Shown here: one piece after another, positions 1 through 7,992 of the stretch
How the letters are laid out: every line of letters begins with the position of its first letter
Numbering within the stretch: the stretch's first letter is position 1
Notes under the pieces: generated by a model
Told to the model about the DNA's origin: nothing
What the model saw: only the letters and a program-made list of their open reading frames with translations
The model's database searches: none
Source: a virus
Lineage: Duplodnaviria > Caudoviricetes
IMG/VR virus record: IMGVR_UViG_3300037420_001796
Span: 1-64,000 of that record
DNA: 64,000 nt
Reading direction: 5' to 3' (one strand)
Position numbers and translations under genes: made by a program

Positions 1-68
1 ATAGAAACGATTGCGGCAGCGGATCCCGATCGCCCACGTGATCCAACCGCGAAGCTTCACGAGCGGCT

Positions 69-275
69 TCATGGCTCGCGCGGAAGCTGAGGCTTGGGCG
101 CGAAGAACACCGCAAGCACTCCCACTACCGCAGCGAAGATGCCGAGACCCTCGGCCATCCCCAATGCGTTGTGCGCGCTTGCGATGGTCGCGCCCAGCAG
201 CGCCACCCACATCACGAGGATGCAGGCAGCGCTCAAGTTGCCGCGCCTGCGGCAGCTCGAGTCGCAGCCCGACAT
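69..275 (-). CDS. small membrane protein (2 hydrophobic segments)
   Basis: 68-aa ORF packed directly after 277..1734; two hydrophobic stretches. Confidence 0.5.
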   Translation of the reverse strand: MSGCDSSCRRRGNLSAACILVMWVALLGATIASAHNALGMAEGLGIFAAVVGVLAVFFAPKPQLPREP

Positions 276-276
276 C

Positions 277-1734
277 TCAGGCCTCGACCGGCTCTTCGAT
301 CGGATTGACGATCAGCGACAGCTTGGGCCTTTGCCAGTCAAGCTTGAAGCCCTTGACGCTGCTCGTGTCGTACACGGTCCCGTTCGAATCGTCGAACGCG
401 ACGACCATGCCCTGGTTGGACAGGCGATTGAGCTCGCGCGTTTGCAGGTACAGGTCCTGGCCGATCTCGTCGCCCGTCGGGTAGGGGCGATCGGTGTCCA
501 GCGGGATGAACGTGCCGTTGTCGCCGTGCCAGCGCGCGATGCCGTTTTCCAGCAGGTCGATGTGGTAGTTCACGCCGGTCACTTCGTCGCGCATCGGATG
601 CACGCCGGGCGCCGCACGGAAGCTGATCACCACCGGCACACCGGCAAACGGATCGTCGGCTTCGCTGTGCGCATGCGTCGTGTCCCACGAGTCGGGACCG
701 TCGTCATCTTGTGGCGCCTGCGCACCCAGCTCAGGCAAGCCGAGACCCTTGCGCACGAGCGGATCCTTCGGGTCGGCCAGATCTCGCAGCAGCTCGACGG
801 CGCCGGCCAGCGGGTGATCGGTTCCCTCGATGCCGTTGATCACGTTCAGGGCGTCGCGATGGACGCGGCGCGTGGCGGCGATCGCGAACGCTTCGTTCTC
901 GAAGAACTCGTCGGTGTTGTCGGGGATCGACACGTCGTTGCCCAGGCCCTGCACGGCGAGCTTTTGGTCCTTGCCTTCGCCCACGATCACCTTGTCCCAG
1001 TCCTCGGGCGACTCGGGATCGAACTCGACCCAGAATCCGTCCTTCACGTTCAGCTCGATGTCGTGCTGAGTGGCGTCCTCAGTGGCCAGCGTCGCACCGC
1101 CGATCGAGCGGATTTCCAGATCGTTGCCGATCACGGCGATGTAGTAGGGCGTGGTGCCGCTGTCGGACATGAACAGGCCGCGCTCACCGCGGAAGTAGCG
1201 CGGGCCGTTACCGGTAACGCAAGCCGCTTCGTCCAGCCCGATTTCCATCTCGTCGTAAGCGCGCTGGTCCTCGCCGCCCGGGTAGCCGTCGCCGCCGTTG
1301 GCTTGGGGGCTGTCGGGGTCGGGCAGGGTGGTGTCGGCCGGTGCCGGGTGCAGGACCACTCCGCCGCCGATTGCGATCAGCGAATGGGCGAAGGCGTTGC
1401 CAGTGGGCGGCGGGTTGATCGGGCCGAGCTCGGGCTTCGGAGCACTCACGCTCACGTTGTCGGGGGTGAAGGCGGTGAAGGTGCCGTCGGCCAGGGCCTG
1501 GCTGTCCCGCGGATTCAGGATCCAGCCCACGCCCGTCAGCGGGCGGCCGGACGCCGGGTCGTAGAACACGGCGTAGCCCTGCTCGACACGCATGTAGCGA
1601 TCCGGAGCTTGCGTGACGCGGTACGTCTGGCCTTCGGCGAAGGCGGCGGGGGTGGAAGTGGATTCGGCGGGGGCGCCGGCAGAGGCTTCGGATGCGGACT
1701 CGGCGCGGGCGCCGACGTTGTCGGGGTTTGCCAT
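277..1734 (-). CDS. hypothetical acidic protein, 485 aa
   Basis: Long ORF with phage-like codon use; ATG at 1734 preceded by GGAGTCC RBS; no motif recognised. Confidence 0.75.
   Translation of the reverse strand: MANPDNVGARAESASEASAGAPAESTSTPAAFAEGQTYRVTQAPDRYMRVEQGYAVFYDPASGRPLTGVGWILNPRDSQALADGTFTAFTPDNVSVSAPKPELGPINPPPTGNAFAHSLIAIGGGVVLHPAPADTTLPDPDSPQANGGDGYPGGEDQRAYDEMEIGLDEAACVTGNGPRYFRGERGLFMSDSGTTPYYIAVIGNDLEIRSIGGATLATEDATQHDIELNVKDGFWVEFDPESPEDWDKVIVGEGKDQKLAVQGLGNDVSIPDNTDEFFENEAFAIAATRRVHRDALNVINGIEGTDHPLAGAVELLRDLADPKDPLVRKGLGLPELGAQAPQDDDGPDSWDTTHAHSEADDPFAGVPVVISFRAAPGVHPMRDEVTGVNYHIDLLENGIARWHGDNGTFIPLDTDRPYPTGDEIGQDLYLQTRELNRLSNQGMVVAFDDSNGTVYDTSSVKGFKLDWQRPKLSLIVNPIEEPVEA
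1206..1219. promoter_or_regulatory. palindrome CGTTACCGGTAACG, copy inside a CDS (candidate operator)
   Basis: Exact 14-bp palindrome, identical to the copies at 4583 and 5415. Confidence 0.4.
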
Positions 1735-2071
1735 GTGGCTGGACTCCAAGGTTGTGACCCAAATCGGGTCGGGGACCGCTTGCGCGGCGATGAGGTTGGG
1801 AATGCTACGAAACAACCGGGCCTTGTCAAGCGTCGCTGTCGTTTAGAAACAACGGCGAAAACGCTCGATTTCAGGTGTCGAAAACGAGATGAATCGCTTT
1901 CGAATCAAGGGCTTAGCCGATTTCGATTTTCACGAAAATGCGACTTTCCAAACGTGGGCCCGGGGTCGGGGTAAAAACGCCGAGCACATAGATTTCGCAC
2001 AGTCGTCCGAAAAAACGAGCTGTTTTTGAAAACCATATTTCTCGGAAAGTTCTCCTCGGCTTCCCAATATG

Positions 2072-2135
2072 TAAATTCCAGAAGGTTCAAAATCAGCTAA
2101 CCGCTTGATCCGCTTGATAAACCTTCTGGAATTTA
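2072..2135. repeat. perfect 16-bp inverted repeat with 32-bp spacer
   Basis: TAAATTCCAGAAGGTT (2072-2087) / AACCTTCTGGAATTTA (2120-2135); spacer holds tandem CCGCTTGAT x2. Confidence 0.9.
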
Positions 2136-2505
2136 GGCCTCACTTGGTCGATTTCCAACATAATTATGGTGTGACCACTTGCAACAGAACGGTCGTACAG
2201 ACACGTCCTGTTGCAATGTTACAAAGTTGTAAGTGTTGTTTTTAACCTCAGGTTACAACTGTGGTTTGAAAACAACGCCGTTTTGTGACGTCTGCTTACA
2301 ACTGCCTGAGCCCGCTTGTACAACCAACTTCGTATTGTAAAGTTGTGTAAATCTGCTCAGGGCACGCTCGGAACCAGCTCCGGAATGAGCGGCAACTGCA
2401 GCCGAATAGGCCGGAAGTTCACTTCGCAGTACCTGGCCCGGCTGGCCATTGCCTCGATCATCGCGATTTTGACCGAGGCTCGGATCAGGTTCAGGCGCCC
2501 GGGCG

Positions 2506-2715
2506 TCAGAGATCGAACCCGCACAACAGCATGTCCTCGAGCTCCGTCACGAGCCCGTCAAAGTCTTCCTCAGGCCCGAGCAGGCACGCCAGCGCCCAGA
2601 CAGCGTCGTAGGACACGCCGAAGTCATCGGCAAGGGCTCGCAGGTACGCCTCGCGATTGGCGTGCCCACGCGCCTGATAGAGATTGGTGCCGATCGGCAC
2701 TATGTTGCGATCCAT
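2506..2715 (-). CDS. hypothetical protein
   Basis: 69-aa ORF in tightly packed leftward operon. Confidence 0.6.
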   Translation of the reverse strand: MDRNIVPIGTNLYQARGHANREAYLRALADDFGVSYDAVWALACLLGPEEDFDGLVTELEDMLLCGFDL

Positions 2716-2725
2716 GGCAGGCCTT

Positions 2726-3022
2726 TCAGTGCAAAACGAGGGGAAGGGTTGCGAACGAGCTCAGGTTGTCGAGGTAGCCCTCGACTTCGCTTTGCGTGGG
2801 TGTGTTCAGCTGCCAGGCGCTGATCTGGGACTGGAACGCGCCAGCCCAGTCGTCCTGCAGGAACACCTCTTTGTTCGTGCGCTTGTCGACGATCTCGAAG
2901 CCGTTCTTGCTCACGCTTCGAAACGCGATCGGCTTGTCGTATCGGACGTGAACGACAGCGAAGTTCTCGCTGTCGTAGAGCATGGTCATGCTCGAATTGG
3001 TGTGGGCCTGAGCGAGTTCCAT
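2726..3022 (-). CDS. DUF3567-like protein
   Basis: MLYDSENFAVV...GFEIVDK..KEVFL...PT..EV..YL...PLVLH pattern recalled from the betaproteobacterial DUF3567 family. Confidence 0.65.
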   Translation of the reverse strand: MELAQAHTNSSMTMLYDSENFAVVHVRYDKPIAFRSVSKNGFEIVDKRTNKEVFLQDDWAGAFQSQISAWQLNTPTQSEVEGYLDNLSSFATLPLVLH

Positions 3023-3445
3023 TCAGACCTCCGCGAAGATCGAGTGGGACACGGCCTGTGCGACCTGCTGCGCCTCCTGCGCAGTCACGGCGCCGCCGCG
3101 TCTTGCGATTCGGGTGACGCCCCGCTGCTCGCGCGCCCACTGCGGCACCTCGATGCGGCTGCGATGAGGCCAGCCGAGGCACACGAACGTGTCTCGCACG
3201 AACGGCTCGCACAGGATCCAGCCGTCGGGCAGTTGCGGAATCGCACCGGCAGCGTCGTGCGGTTCGATTGCGACGTCCACGTAGACGAGGTCGTCCGAGT
3301 AGAAATCGCCAGAGAGAGTGGTGTAGATGCCGAGATCGTTCAGCGCATCGACCAGAGGCGCGACCTTGGGATTGATCGGCTCGTCGGGCCAGAACGTGGC
3401 TACGTGTTGCGCGGTGAATTCGCGCGCAGAGAGGGATGAGAGCAT
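3023..3445 (-). CDS. hypothetical protein
   Basis: 140-aa ORF with GGAGTCC RBS; stop abuts the next ATG. Confidence 0.7.
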   Translation of the reverse strand: MLSSLSAREFTAQHVATFWPDEPINPKVAPLVDALNDLGIYTTLSGDFYSDDLVYVDVAIEPHDAAGAIPQLPDGWILCEPFVRDTFVCLGWPHRSRIEVPQWAREQRGVTRIARRGGAVTAQEAQQVAQAVSHSIFAEV

Positions 3446-3608
3446 GGGGACTCCAAAGAAAAAAGCGGCAATGCGCCGCGGAATGGCACCGCTGTCACAC
3501 GAGTGCCGAATTCAGTTTCGAATCGGATTTCGATTCGAATTCAGGTTCGAACCGGGACACCTGGCCCCGTCAACGTCAATGTGTTTCAAACACACCAACT
3601 TTTCTTTC

Positions 3609-3859
3609 CCTGTCGTGAGTCCCCGACAACGCCGACGGCCGAGGCCATCGCCCATGTGCGAAGTGGGAGACTCACGACAGGAAAAGCAGCCCCCGACAAC
3701 GTCGGTGACAGCAAAATCCTCCCCGCGCAGCATTCGTCGGCCGCGCCCTTTGATGTTGTCGGGGGCTGGGAAACCTTCATTCACGTCCCCCAGCTTTTCT
3801 TCTCGTGTGGACGACAGAACACCCTTGTCAAAGGCTGCGGTGTTGTCGTTGTCGGGGGC
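3609..3859. repeat. convergent CCCCGACAAC repeats plus 13-bp inverted repeat (candidate origin or protein-binding array)
   Basis: CCCCGACAAC at 3621 and 3691 (+), 3755 and 3848 (-); CCTGTCGTGAGTC 3609-3621 / GACTCACGACAGG 3669-3681. Confidence 0.7.
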
Positions 3860-3879
3860 GCAGCTCGGCCCCGGAAAAA

Positions 3880-4029
3880 TCAGCCGATCGCGATGTCGGC
3901 GCGCACGAAGTCGTCGCGGCAAAACCGCAAACGAGACACACGCTTGAGCTCTTCGAGCGTGGGCCAGTGATCCAGGCGCATGTCTTCGAAGATGCCGTTG
4001 GACCAGACGAGGCGAATGAGCACGAACAT
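3880..4029 (-). CDS. small hypothetical protein
   Basis: 49 aa from ATG 4029 with GGAGTCC RBS. Confidence 0.45.
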   Translation of the reverse strand: MFVLIRLVWSNGIFEDMRLDHWPTLEELKRVSRLRFCRDDFVRADIAIG

Positions 4030-4040
4030 GGCAAGGACTC

Positions 4041-4565
4041 CTAAAAAGCGCCGCAGGCAAGCGCTGCGGCAAGGTCTGAAACACTGGCCCACGTGATGGC
4101 GCGGCCCTTGTCGGGAATGGTTTTCACGCGCCCACCAGCGCCCAGCTGCACGACAACGTGCACGCCCTTGTGCACGAATTGGCCCTGCGTGATGGCGCGC
4201 TCGACTTGCATGCGGCAGGAAAACTCCGCATCCAGCCCGGCGCGCTCACGAAGGCGCTGGCGCTCATCAAGGCGCACCTCGCCGAAAAGCGAGTCGCGCG
4301 GCATGCCGCGCGAGCCGTCGGCCCGTTTGGGCCTCGTGCTGCGCAGCGTGACCTGGCCCAAGCCCCCTCGGCAGTGCTCGATCACGGCTTCGTGCAAGCC
4401 GTCGAAGCGATCCAGAAGCGCCGTGCCCTGCGAGACGCTTCCCCAAGGAATCGCCCGCTCAGGGGTAAAGCCCTTGCCGTGGCGCCGCTTCCTTGGCGGG
4501 ATGACGATTTCTCCTGCGTAGCGCGCGCCGGCAAGCTTGCGCGCGCTCTTGTTGGCTTCGTGCAT
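4041..4565 (-). CDS. hypothetical protein
   Basis: 174 aa from ATG 4565, AAGGAG upstream. Confidence 0.55.
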   Translation of the reverse strand: MHEANKSARKLAGARYAGEIVIPPRKRRHGKGFTPERAIPWGSVSQGTALLDRFDGLHEAVIEHCRGGLGQVTLRSTRPKRADGSRGMPRDSLFGEVRLDERQRLRERAGLDAEFSCRMQVERAITQGQFVHKGVHVVVQLGAGGRVKTIPDKGRAITWASVSDLAAALACGAF

Positions 4566-4582
4566 GGGGCACTGGCTCCTTT

Positions 4583-4596
4583 CGTTACCGGTAACG
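4583..4596. promoter_or_regulatory. palindromic operator candidate CGTTACCGGTAACG
   Basis: Just upstream of the RBS of 4041..4565. Confidence 0.6.
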
Positions 4597-4692
4597 GCTT
4601 GGTTCTGCCCGCCTGGAAGCGGGCACAACAAAGCCGCCGAAGGCTTGCGCCTTTGGCGGTTTGAAAAACCCGGCTTTCGCCGGGTGAAGGGG

Positions 4693-5370
4693 TCAGGCTT
4701 GCGCCGTCTCGCGCTGCGTTTGGCGCATCGCGGCGAGCGTCGCGTCGCGCTGCGCGAGCAGGTCGCGCAGTTCGGCGATTTCGCGCTTGAGAGCATCCTC
4801 GCGCGTCGCGGCTTGCGCCGCTTCGCTGGGACCCCAGAGGCGCTGCGATGCTTCGGCAATCGCAGGGTTCAAGGTCTGCTCCTGCGGCGCGAGCAGTTCG
4901 CCAAACTTGGCCAGCGCGCGGCGCGATGCGCCGACGGTTGCCGGAAGGCTCACCTGCGGATGCAGCGGCATCTCCTCGAAGGACTCCAGCGCGCGCTGCC
5001 ATGTATCGAGATGCTCGCGGCGCGCGCTGAGCATGTCCGAGACAAGCTTCGCGTACACGCTCGCCGTGCTGAAGTCAGGCGCCTTGCTTTCCTTGGCGCC
5101 CTTGGCCTTCACGGCAGGCAGACCCGCGGCTTCGCGCATCACGCGGCGCACGTCTTCCCGGATGATCGCACCGGCTTGGCGGATTTCCGTGATGCTTGCG
5201 CCCGTTGCGGCAAGCGCGAGGAAGCCGGAAAACAGGCTTTCCTGCATCCCCTTGCGCGCGTCGGCCGCGCGCTTGGCCTCTTGCACAACGACAGCCACGG
5301 CCTTGGCGTTGTCGCCTTGATAGCTGTTCAGAAAGGCGCGGATGGCGCCATCGATGTCATTGATTTGCAT
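4693..5370 (-). CDS. hypothetical Ala-rich helical protein (first gene of leftward early arm)
   Basis: 225 aa from ATG 5370 with TTTGGAGTCC RBS; C-terminal coiled coil. Confidence 0.7.
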   Translation of the reverse strand: MQINDIDGAIRAFLNSYQGDNAKAVAVVVQEAKRAADARKGMQESLFSGFLALAATGASITEIRQAGAIIREDVRRVMREAAGLPAVKAKGAKESKAPDFSTASVYAKLVSDMLSARREHLDTWQRALESFEEMPLHPQVSLPATVGASRRALAKFGELLAPQEQTLNPAIAEASQRLWGPSEAAQAATREDALKREIAELRDLLAQRDATLAAMRQTQRETAQA

Positions 5371-5413
5371 GGTGAGGACTCCAAAAAACGGCAGGTTTGC
5401 GCCCGTTGCCGCG

Positions 5414-5429
5414 CCGTTACCGGTAACGG
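5414..5429. promoter_or_regulatory. palindromic operator candidate CCGTTACCGGTAACGG (16 bp)
   Basis: In the divergent intergenic region, about 45 nt upstream of ATG 5370. Confidence 0.6.
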
Positions 5430-5793
5430 GGATTGCACCAGTATGGTGCATGGTGGCGGATGCCGCGCCATGCCGCGCAGCGTCCGCATGGTTGCCGCGC
5501 GCTGCATCCCCGACAGCGGCAGCACGCGCGGACAGGGCGAACCCATCCACGCGCGCAGCGCCACCGGAGTATGAACGTACATTAACCATGCATCCACTAT
5601 AAGGCAGTTAACAAGGTGATGTATTAGGATAAACCCTTAGAACAAAAGGATGACGTTGACGGGTAGCGTTTTCGCATCGTGGAATGGCCGGGGCGCCTTC
5701 CTGGTGGCTTCCACGCGGCGCAGGTTTTTTCAAACTTTGCATATAAAAGTTCTAATGTACCCATGTGTACCTGAAATGGGTACGATCCGACCC

Positions 5794-6030
5794 ATGAAGT
5801 ACCTCATCGCGAGCATCGCGCTGGCCGCCGCGGCCGCGCACGCAGCCCCGGGCGACTTGAAGGCCGACCAGGCTGCCACCGATCGGGCCGTCGCCAAGCT
5901 CGAGCAGGACGTCAAGGCGCAGCGCGCGCAGGAAGCCGCGCAGCCCGGCGGCCGGCCGCTGTGGCAGTGGTTCGCACTTGGCCTGCTGATCGCCGCTCCC
6001 GCGGTCGTCGTCGTGCGAAGGCGCAAGTGA
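5794..6030 (+). CDS. small exported protein with C-terminal membrane anchor
   Basis: Signal peptide MKYLIASIALAAAAAHA; C-terminus PGG-hydrophobic helix-RRRK. Confidence 0.7.
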   Translation: MKYLIASIALAAAAAHAAPGDLKADQAATDRAVAKLEQDVKAQRAQEAAQPGGRPLWQWFALGLLIAAPAVVVVRRRK

Positions 6031-6077
6031 CCTCGCGCCGCGCTCGGCAGCTGCGTCGCCCGAAGTCTGAAAGCCGG

Positions 6078-6111
6078 GGGATTGCTATTAAGACGCCTTC
6101 GCCCCTAGTTT
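6078..6111 (+). promoter_or_regulatory. late promoter motif copy 1
   Basis: GGGATT-N18-CCCCTAGTTT before the HNH/terminase block. Confidence 0.7.
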
Positions 6112-6120
6112 CGGGGTGCG

Positions 6121-6576
6121 ATGCCCAAGAAGAACGGCAACAAGCCGCCGGAGCTGACACCCGAGGAAAAGCGCCGCCAGCGCAACCGCCGCTACTACGA
6201 GCGGCACCGGGAAAAGCTCCTCGTTAGCCAGCGAGAACGCTACGCCGAGCAGACGGTCGTCGAGCGCGCCAAGCAGCAATTTCGCTCCGCGCGCTACCGC
6301 GGCCAGGCCGAGCACATCCCGGAGTGGAACGACCTGGAGGAAGCCGCGCGCACGTACGTCGCGGCCATGATCATGACCGAGCTGACCGGCGAGCAGTACG
6401 TCGTGGACCATGTCGTGCCCCTGAACCACCCGCTCGTGTGCGGCTTGCACAGCCACCAGAACATGGAGGTGATCACCGCGCGCGAGAACGCGCTGAAGAA
6501 GAACCTGTTCTGGCCGGGCATGCCCGCGATCACGTGGGAGAGCTGGAAAATGATCGAATCGACCCAATTTCACTGA
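6121..6576 (+). CDS. HNH endonuclease
   Basis: DHVVPL..PLVCGLH..QNMEVITARENALKKN HNH signature. Confidence 0.85.
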   Translation: MPKKNGNKPPELTPEEKRRQRNRRYYERHREKLLVSQRERYAEQTVVERAKQQFRSARYRGQAEHIPEWNDLEEAARTYVAAMIMTELTGEQYVVDHVVPLNHPLVCGLHSHQNMEVITARENALKKNLFWPGMPAITWESWKMIESTQFH

Positions 6577-6604
6577 AAATTGCCTTACAATCTAGCGAAA
6601 TTCA

Positions 6605-7033
6605 ATGAAATCAGGCAGTTTTCACGCGAAAATGAGTGAAAAAGACTCAAAAACGAGCAAAAAAGTCGTCGATTTGAAGGCTTTAGTGGCCGAAATCGAG
6701 GCTGGAAAGCTCACCAAAAAGCAGGCCGCCGAGTCGATCGGCAAGACCTACGCGCACTTTTGCGTGATGCTCTCGCGCGCCGGCCTGATCGATCGCGTGC
6801 GCACGCGCCGCGCGGCGGCCAAGTACGACACCGATGCGATGAAAACTGCCGTCAACGAGGCGGTTTCGACGCTCGAGAAGACCGCCTTGAGCGACATCGC
6901 TCGCAAACACGGCATCCCCGATGCGCAATACGCGGCCTTCGCGATGCGCGTCCTCCACATAAAAAGAAGCCGCATGAAAGCGGACATCCTCCATGGCCAA
7001 ACCCAAGATTCCGGAGCTGCCGCAGGCGGCTGA
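6605..7033 (+). CDS. helix-turn-helix DNA-binding protein
   Basis: TKKQAAESIGKTYAHFCVMLSRAG and LSDIARKHGI HTH-like segments. Confidence 0.6.
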   Translation: MKSGSFHAKMSEKDSKTSKKVVDLKALVAEIEAGKLTKKQAAESIGKTYAHFCVMLSRAGLIDRVRTRRAAAKYDTDAMKTAVNEAVSTLEKTALSDIARKHGIPDAQYAAFAMRVLHIKRSRMKADILHGQTQDSGAAAGG

Positions 7034-7433
7034 AGGCGCGCAAAAGCGCGTGACTCACTCGCTGCAGGTCAACCTCGACGGCATGCCCGTCGACGAGTTG
7101 CTCGAGCTGCGCACCCTGATCGACCAGAAGCTGCCCGCGCGCCAGCTCAAGGACATCGACCTTGAGCAAGAGCTCGTGCTGCAGCTGCTTGCCACGCAGG
7201 AGCTGCAGCGCAAGGTGCTCAAGGACGACGAGGCGCCGGCCAACCAGATGGCGCAGGTCTCCAACGCGGTGCAGGCAGCCTTGCAAAACCTCGTGAAGCT
7301 GCAAGGAGAGGTCTTCAAGAGCGAACGCCTGAAGCGCCTGGAGACGATCCTGCTCGAATGCATCAAGGACTTGCCCCACGAGGTGCAGGACCAGTTCCTC
7401 ACGCTCTACGAGCTGAGGCTGGAGGGGCTGTGA
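6993..7433 (+). CDS. putative terminase small subunit
   Basis: Helical Leu/Gln-rich 146 aa upstream of TerL; assignment by position only. Confidence 0.45.
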   Translation: MAKPKIPELPQAAEGAQKRVTHSLQVNLDGMPVDELLELRTLIDQKLPARQLKDIDLEQELVLQLLATQELQRKVLKDDEAPANQMAQVSNAVQAALQNLVKLQGEVFKSERLKRLETILLECIKDLPHEVQDQFLTLYELRLEGL

Positions 7434-7609
7434 TGCTGCGCGCGCGGGACCTCGAAGTCGTCAAGCTCGCCGGGCGCATCGCGCGCCGCACGCTTGCCCC
7501 GGCTCTGTGCCTCTTGAACCACCGAGAGCACCATCACGTGATCGTCGGCTACAGCAACCGGACGCACCGATGGCGCTGCTTCAAATGCAAGCGTGAATGG
7601 GACGACTAG
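7433..7609 (+). CDS. small His/Cys (CxxC) protein
   Basis: 58 aa, ATG overlaps preceding TGA; HHH and CFKC. Confidence 0.5.
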   Translation: MLRARDLEVVKLAGRIARRTLAPALCLLNHREHHHVIVGYSNRTHRWRCFKCKREWDD

Positions 7610-7734
7610 CCCCGACAACGTCAACGTCAGCCACAACGTCAGCCCCGAAGAAACAGAACATAGCTTTTCCAGTTTCCCGGCAATCGATCAACTTTATGTT
7701 GCGATGCCGATCCGCCAACAACAAGAAAAAGAAC

Positions 7735-7992
7735 ATGGCGACTCTCAAACAACTCCTGACCGACGCGCGCGTCGCATTCGAAAACCGCGACGAATACGCG
7801 CACCGCTTCGCGCTCGAGCGAATCGCGAAGGCCTTTCCGCAGTACGCGCCCGCGGATCCCAGTCGTCCCGCGCAGACAGCTAACGTGACCTTCGCTCCGA
7901 ACATCGTCGCCTGCCGGCTCGGCTCGGGCGTGCAGGGCCTGCGCCAGTGTGAGTGCGAGTGCGGCCAGTGCTCGATTCGGAGGACGACGTGA
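7735..7992 (+). CDS. small protein with Cys-rich C-terminus
   Basis: 85 aa, CAA-rich leader, CECECGQC; stop overlaps TerL GTG. Confidence 0.6.
   Translation: MATLKQLLTDARVAFENRDEYAHRFALERIAKAFPQYAPADPSRPAQTANVTFAPNIVACRLGSGVQGLRQCECECGQCSIRRTT

Noticed and set aside
2072-2135. IS/MITE ends or protelomerase target
   Set aside because: No transposase or protelomerase seen, no clear target duplication, and the IR has a 32-bp spacer rather than being a continuous palindrome.
5430-5460. GGGGATT as a seventh late promoter
   Set aside because: No CCWAGT element 17-18 nt downstream.
6959-7033. Frameshift fusing the HTH ORF to the putative TerS
   Set aside because: The downstream ORF is in the +1 frame and there is no canonical slippery heptamer.
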